A DNA stretch of 57,688 nucleotides, filler included, from Bipalium vagum (taxonomy: Eukaryota): NCBI GenBank assembly GCA_037834085.1. It is 3 parts of 3 records of this genome, joined end to end, with 100 filler letters (N's around TTAATTAATTAA, not from the genome) between each part and the next. Parts side by side here need not be neighbours in the genome. Positions count along the whole stretch, not along the records: positions 38,111 to 57,688 come from JBBMKC010272344.1; 2 more parts are not named here. One strand, written 5' to 3'. A program made the position numbers and the translations under genes. Under the pieces are notes generated by a model, which saw only the letters and a list, made by a program, of their open reading frames with translations, ran no database searches and had not been told where the DNA came from. Of the stretch, positions 50,379 through 57,688 are shown piece by piece. Within the stretch, counting starts at the first letter, position 1. Each line of letters opens with the position of its first letter.

Positions 50379-51259
50379 TTATCAAATTTCAAAAGCAACT
50401 TGTCGACTAGTCTCTTTCCTTTAAACAGAAATGATTTGGGCCGACTGAATGCAAGTGAGAAAATTAATTAAAATTTGTTCTTTAACTTTCAGCTAAAATA
50501 AGTCATATCAATGACATGACCTATCTTGAATTGACTTCGCTGATCCTTGGTCCCAAAAATATATATTATATATTCCATTCAGGTTTTTAATTCCATTTTC
50601 TCTCAGGCAAGTGATTGTAAATTTATCTCCGACTGTTATTATTTTTATTTATCATTCTTTTTGCTACTAAAACCAAGTTTAATACATATCCAGAATCAAG
50701 TACGATCATCTTATAAATATCAGAATTAAATATAGTTCATCATAATAAAATAAAATCCAAAATGAGATCAGCATAAGTTAAGAATGATCTTATTTCGTTA
50801 GTATCTGAAAATTGTGCTGAACTTCATAATGATACAAGTTTGATATTCATTATAATAATAATTTTTTGTTTTAATAGACTATGCAACTCTGATAATGTAC
50901 TTTGGTAATTTTTTGAAATTATATTACAGAAGTAACATTAAAGAAAAGAAGATGGAAATATTTTTTAGTTGACTAAACCTTACTGTAAGATTATATTAAT
51001 AAATCCAATAATAGATACGGGTTTATATTAATATTTAGAAAAATATTAACCAAGCTTATAAACTTTATTTGAATCCAAAACAAGTCAATTTTAGTTGTGT
51101 TAACGACGCGTAAAACAATGAATATAAAACTTAAGTTTATTGGTGAATAACAATCACCGTGATAATCAAATATGTTATTCATTTATAAAGTTATATTTAG
51201 ACTACGACGTTAATAGACATCATAAAATTGTTTATCTTCTTCGATTTGATTGGATTTGG

Positions 51260-51760
51260 ATATCTTCAGGTCCTTGATTGTATGAGTCTGTTTTTAATTT
51301 CTGGATATTTTTTCCCTTCACGATCTTATCAGAACCAGGATAACATAAGAACACAATCATTGAGAATAACAGGGTATTCTACCAATGGAGATCAACCACA
51401 TGGGTTAATCAATAGAGTAATTCTGAGTGTCAACCGGAATTCAACCCCGTTTCTTGGTCAAACCTCTGGCAATCTAAGCAAGCATGAAGATACCAGAACA
51501 CTTGCTCATTAAGCACTGTTCTGATGAGAACCAGCTATATGGCATCTTTCCAGGTGGTTAAAAGATTCCCCTAGAATTGGAATCAGCTCCCTGGTCAGAC
51601 ATCAGAAGGCATTGGTTTACGATTATTCCGTATCTCCAACCCAGTTGATAGTCAAATATCCTTTCCAAATTTCCAGCTCCCTTTTAAGGCCTGGTTCCAG
51701 AACCCCTATTTTCTTGTAAATATGAGAATCATAAATGGGAAATTCACAAACCACCCTTAA
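51260..51760 (-). mobile_element. Possible LTR-retrotransposon integrase relic
   Basis: GC-elevated decayed segment with minus-strand LMSDQG, an integrase SDxG-like motif, near 51590-51610. Confidence 0.3.
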
Positions 51761-54700
51761 ACTTCAAACTGCGAAATTCTCCTTTCTTCAACTTACTTAA
51801 TTTACAATTTTTGACAAAAAGAAATAAAAGACAAACACCATATGAAAACCAAGACAAAAGGCATTTATGGGTAAATATTAAAGTTAGAGCAGGAAAACGG
51901 GGACCCAGAAACATTGAAGAAATTAAATTATCTTTTTATATTACCTATGAATTTCTTTAAAACTTGTTTAATCAATACCCAACCGCGTGGAGGCAATACA
52001 AAATATTAAAACTGTTCATTTGAATTAATTAAATGTCTTAAGTTTTGATTGTTTAAGTTATTTATTTTATCATAATCATGTATTCTAAAAGTTTTGTAAT
52101 TCTTAAAAATTTAAATAAAATTTTATAAATTTTATTGTAAAATAACTTGGGACTAAATACTATCAGATTAATGTACGGTTGATTTAATCTTATTGATCGC
52201 TTAATCATAGAGGTATTAATGATAACTCGTTTTCAAATTACTTACTTCATTGTCCACAAAATGTATGTAGAAAATACTTGATAATAATATTGTCAAGAAT
52301 ATCATACCGTAATGATATGGATTTAATTATAGATTAATATTAAAGAAAAGAGAAAAGTAGAAGAGATGAAGTGAAAATAGATGAAACATTTATGTATTGT
52401 AGATATATGGTAACTCTGAACAATTACCGATGCAATTAAATCGGTTGAACTTCTTCAAGCCTAGCATTTTGAAATTATGTCGTTCTCAGGATCCGACGAC
52501 CAAAGACACTCGAGATTCAACCCTGGCACTTCTGAATTTTCCAGGTCCTATAGAAGTATAATGCTACAGATTCATGTAAGCATTGAGTCGAGTCTCCTAA
52601 ATTTTTCCAATTATAGTCAGTCAAGAAAGGGACACCGTCATTCCGTTTCAGTCTTAAACCTAGCCTTAACTACATGTTTTAAATAAGCAGTAACAAAACT
52701 ATTTGAACTATACTACAAATATGGTAATCATCGTAAGAATGGATGATACCAAACCCCTAGAGGGTGCATACAAATAGACTATGTTGGTACACTGTAGTCT
52801 ATAAGTATCCGTAATACTTATTGAACTACTCATCATAGCCCAAGTCCATATTTCTATCAGCACCTTGACTTCTATTCGGAAATGTCAAAATTAAAGTATT
52901 CTATGTTAAGGTTGAAAGGTAACCTATAGTGGATGAAAATTTTATACGCTAAGGTATTTTTAGGAAAATGGAGAATCGAGCTCTCAATGTAGTTCATATC
53001 ATCTAAGTTCTTCAAAATACGGACCATGCTCGTTCTCTTCTTCTGGCCTTGTGGTACACCCAAATGCACAATGATTTTCCTAATTATTTTTCTACTCCAT
53101 TTCAATCCAATAACTATCCATATTTATTGCTTACACGAACATTGATTATTTTAATCAATTAAAAACTTCATTAAACTTGATTAATTTTTCAAAAAAATTT
53201 TCTGACTGGAGACTTTGTACATTTTAAATTTAGACCAAGACAGACCATGCAGAAGAATATTACTTTAGGTGGTTTTATCACACTGGTTGTGTTATGATGT
53301 ATTTATGGCAGAATCATTAAGTTGAGTTCAGTCTTTAATTTTGGCAAAATTTTTCTTGAATTATTTATTCGATAAATTTCTTTGATTTTCTTTGCTATCA
53401 ATATTCTCATTATTGTGAAATATTGAAAAATCTTAAATTTTTAATCAATTCCTCCGTTCAAGGTCTTAAGAGCTGATGAACTTGTCATTTTAAGACTTTA
53501 AAAAATAATTATTTTTAAAAAATTCAAGAGTTTCTAATTTTTGAAGGGTTTAAAATGAATTATTTTTTGTTTAAATATTATGTTAAAAGGTCATACACAA
53601 AACTTAAATCATTTCAAAATATGTTTTATAAAAGTAAATTTTAAAAAAAATCACAAAATTTAAAATTTTTTGTTGCATTTATCTATTTAAGTAAATTTAA
53701 TGAATTTTAAAATAATAGTGATTACATAAAAGTCATCTTTGGAACGCCCTCTAAATATTTTGATAAAATTTTTAAGTTAATGAATTTATTTTAGTACATT
53801 ATATTTTTAAAAAGTTGAAATATCCTTAACCACAGGTTTTCAGGTTAATTTAATCCATTACAATTTTAATTCAAACTTTACTTTATTATAATCTGATATT
53901 TATTTATATATAATTATTATATGTAAAACAATTAAAAAACTATTATTATATGAAAAATAGAAGAAACTGTATTGCCTAAATCAACGTAATCAAAAATCTT
54001 CTCTTTTTTCTTTTAAGCTTGTGCTTTTGGTGGTGCATAAGATATTTATACCATATTTTTCGAATAATAGTTCCTCTAACAGAATCTTCTAATTGTTTTT
54101 TGTGTGTCATTTTGAAATTTTAAATGTAGCACTTGCAATTAAATTTTAAACAAAGTTTAAATTAAATTGGATAAAGATTAAGTTGAATTGGATATAGTTT
54201 AAATGAAATTTGTATTGAATTAAATTATCCTGAAATTAAATTTAAAAACCCTACGAACTTAAATTTATCATTTTATCAAATTAAAATATTTAAACAAAAA
54301 CGTTTTATGAAATTAAATAATTTTAAATTATTAGTCTATTACAGGTTTATGCAGAAATATATATACAAATATCCATAAAATATATAATTCATGCAAATAT
54401 ATATATATATATATATATATATAATCATATTCAAAATTTATAGAAAATCATTCAGAAATATATAGAAAAAATATTCGATTGTTTATTTGAAATTGTTGTT
54501 TACCAAAATTTTTAAAATCAAACAAGTTGGAAGATGCAATAAAGAAAGACAACGGAAGATGTAATAAAATTTATTATGATGATAATTTGTGTCGAAAGAA
54601 GCGAACCTCGATTAATAAAAGTAAAATGTAATTGAGAATTTTTATGCATTTATTTATATTATTAATATTTATTGATTTTGTTCATATTTTCTGAGTATTG

Positions 54701-54990
54701 TTATTATCGTTTCGCATCCTCCATATTTGGCGCTGCCGATTTCATTTGTTTCTTTCGTTGCGAAATCACTTGTCAGGATTGTGTTTTGACACCACAGAAT
54801 TTGACACATTGCTGAGTTTTATCAATTAAAAACTATGAGAATTTTATGCCAGAGATATTAAAATATGGTGGATAAGTGAGAGAAAGTCGTTGAAAAAAAA
54901 TAAAATTGTATGATTGATTAAGCGTTTTCTGAATACACTCTTCGTAGTTGGCCTTCTCGTCACAAATAAATTATTAAAAACCTAACGGTT

Positions 54991-56094
54991 ATGGATTGTC
55001 AACCGACAGAAGTTAATATTATTATTAAAAAATGAATTATCAAAAGGTGGAATTGTGTAGGTCATAACATATTCTATTTGCCTCCAAATTTTTGTTCTGT
55101 GGTTCTAGCACTTCCAGATTCTATGAAAAGTTTTTCGTGTTCATAGAATTATACATAACGAAACCTTTTAGAAAACTAAAATTTAAAGAGATTTATTATT
55201 TGAAAGACCCATTCAATCCAAAGACACCAGTCGACTGTTCTTTCAGGAATTCTTATTCCGGCTTTATTAACAATTTTTTCCTTGAATTCAATTTTGCAAA
55301 GGCGGTGTGGACCGTTGATGTACTGAATTCTGTCACTTGACTTTCCAAACCAGTGTCGCTTCCTTTAATTTAAAATTAAATGATAATTTCAATATTCCAG
55401 ATCTTCAAAGGTAGTTGGAAATAAATTTAAATGTTAACGAAAAATAACAATGTCTTCTTTGTCATGCATTCTTTGCCGAAGCTCCCCTTTAGTCCATGCT
55501 TAACAATGACGATTTTTACGAATGTCGTTACATATTGGATCTTTTATTTCAGAATCTCCATTCAAAGACCAGGTGTTCATCGGAAAATCGAACCAGACTT
55601 CATCGAAATCTGAGTGCGATAGAAACTCGCAGTCCAAAGAAACTTGAAAACACGATCCCGTCCACCAATCATTTGTTCATTATTGAAGAAAACAAAAGTT
55701 TGAGCTTCACCGATCTGAGACCGATTCCTCGAAACTGGGGCTTGTCAAAAGACAACGATATAATCGCCATGTTTGAAGTACCTCGGCGGATGTCCAGTGA
55801 TTCGAAAGTGGTAGAATATGATGAAGAAAACAACTTCCGGTTGGCAGGTAATCTTTTATTATCGATTGGTAACTTTTGATTACGTTTTGCTTTTGAAATG
55901 TTCCGTTTTTTGATTGGGACTGATCATTATCGAAACAGTTTTTTGTCGTTATTGTTATCATTGTTTCTTGTTATTGTTACCAGTTTTGTGTGATTTTTCT
56001 TGACAACTCTTCAGGTTTTCACGAGGCCATCAACTTAACGATGATTTTACTGCATTTCACTGTGTCGGAAGTTAATATAGACGGAGTCTTATAA
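54991..56094 (+). CDS. Multi-exon gene for an uncharacterised protein; last two exons 55553-55847 and 56015-56094 well supported, upstream exons tentative
   Basis: ttcag/ and /gtaatc, ttcag/ sites in phase give ...SLSFTDLRPIPRNWGLSKDNDIIAMFEVPRRMSSDSKVVEYDEENNFRLAGFHEAINLTMILLHFTVSEVNIDGVL*. Candidate 5' exons 54991-55011, 55047-55060 and 55109 onward join in frame across 35- and 48-nt introns. The middle is unresolved. Confidence 0.55.
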
Positions 56095-57660
56095 AATACC
56101 ACATTCATAACCATTACTCCTCGTCATCTTCACATATCAGTATCACCCATTCTCTCTCTATCTCGTCACCACCAATGACACCGTCTTCACTTTTTGTCAT
56201 CGTAATCAACAGTGGAATCACCCTCGCGTCCATCATCATCTTGACAGCTACCATCGCAAATTCCGTCATTTTTAAATAGTTTGATGAAATTCCTTAATAT
56301 AATAATCAAACTTATTCTCACAGTTAATATCAATACCACACTAGAATTTATGAAAATCAGTCTGAATACACCCTACAACGTTAGAAAGAAAATTTTCACT
56401 ACAGAATACAAAGAAACAAACTTAAAATTTACTCAACTCTTCTCATTCGTTTTATTTCTCTAACCACTATTTTGTAAGTGGGGTACAAAGGTTTTGGGTT
56501 TTAGTATGGTATAAATGATAAAGATTCAATTGACTCTTAAAGACTCATAAAGAATGTCAGTTGTAAACGGTTTTCTAAATGAAATATAAACAATAACCGC
56601 AACATTAATTGCTCAGTAATTATTGATAATTTTCTTTTGGTCAATGCGTTTGACCTACCTTATTATGAATCCGTAAAGGTCGCAAAGATTGGATTTCGCA
56701 AGGTCACGCAATTGATCGTCTAGCTTAATTGTGGATCAACGGTTTTCATTGGTCAGTCTTCTCTCAACTGTTTTGAAAAGTATCTATTTTGGGGGTTTTT
56801 GCGAGTCTCTGCCTTTGCGTCTTGTGATGATGTTATAAATCTTTCCTTAATCTTAAAGGAAATCAGTGACTTAATTTTATCTTGATTATTAATTAATAAT
56901 TATCATATTTACAAATAATAGTTCATCTTGGAAATGTAACATTATATATTACTTTGTTTTTATAATTATGACTAAGATATTTTTATCACTGAGTTAATCA
57001 TGTAGGTGTTCTGAATTTTAATTAATTGTTTAAAAAAATAGTAATATAATGAGGTGTGGTCATGTCAGGGGAATTTTTATTTTTATTCATTAATTTCAAT
57101 TAAAAATTATTAATTAATTATATAATATAATAATTATAATTAATTTAAATTATAATAATACATAGCTTAGATAAATAAAGTTTTCTTATAATAAATATTT
57201 AAAATTAAAATAAAATTGTAAATGCCGATATAATAGAAATGAATTAAATCAATAATTAAATAATTACATTTTATAATTAAATTACAATAAATCAATAAAA
57301 TTTAATTAATAAAGAATTTAAAGTCCATTTGTGTTATAATCAATTTATAAAATATTTTATAATTTTTAATCAATTTTCTCTACTGTTACATAAAGATTAT
57401 TTAATTTTTATATATATTTATTGATATTTTCAAGATATTTTGAGGACTTTTATGCCTATGGATACCTAATTTAAACTTTTTATGAACTCTTAATTTATTC
57501 TTCAGATTCTGACATAAGTATCATTGTCAAATTTAGAGGGAAAGGTTCAGTGCGATATATCGTTTCCAAAAGTGATCTAATTTCGTCTTTGAGAAGGCGC
57601 TGTAGTGAGTTCAAGACATGAAAATTAATGACCCATAATTGGAGGCATTATTTCCTGTCG

Positions 57661-57688
57661 ATAATAATAATAATAATAATAATAATAA
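57661..57688. repeat. (TAA)n microsatellite at window end
   Basis: Direct read. Confidence 0.95.

Overview
Very AT-rich eukaryotic DNA, probably from an invertebrate animal: spliceosomal GT-AG introns, NDRG, TTC12 and SLC18 homologues, and a heavy load of decayed Tc1/mariner and Penelope-like elements. It is not one continuous locus. Three contigs of about 19 kb (1-19093, 19194-38010, 38111-57688) are joined by an identical artificial 100-bp spacer (N44-TTAATTAATTAA-N44). Host genes I can reconstruct: two NDRG-family exons, the 3' exons of an unknown minus-strand gene, a 5'-truncated seven-exon TTC12, an intronless 267-aa secreted protein, a divergent intronless SLC18-like MFS transporter, the 3' part of an uncharacterised gene near 55-56 kb, and a two-exon gene missed by the ORF track. 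That last gene encodes a signal peptide plus a 42-aa cationic peptide with 8 Cys (four CX3C motifs) and is the best novelty candidate. Mobile DNA includes near-complete DD37E and DD39D-type (Stowaway-like TIR) transposons, many mariner and Tc1 relics, two MITEs, and Penelope-like RT and GIY-YIG fragments with a degenerate hammerhead-like motif. I found no CRISPR array, rRNA, tRNA or multi-gene system. All family assignments come from motif recall, not database searches.
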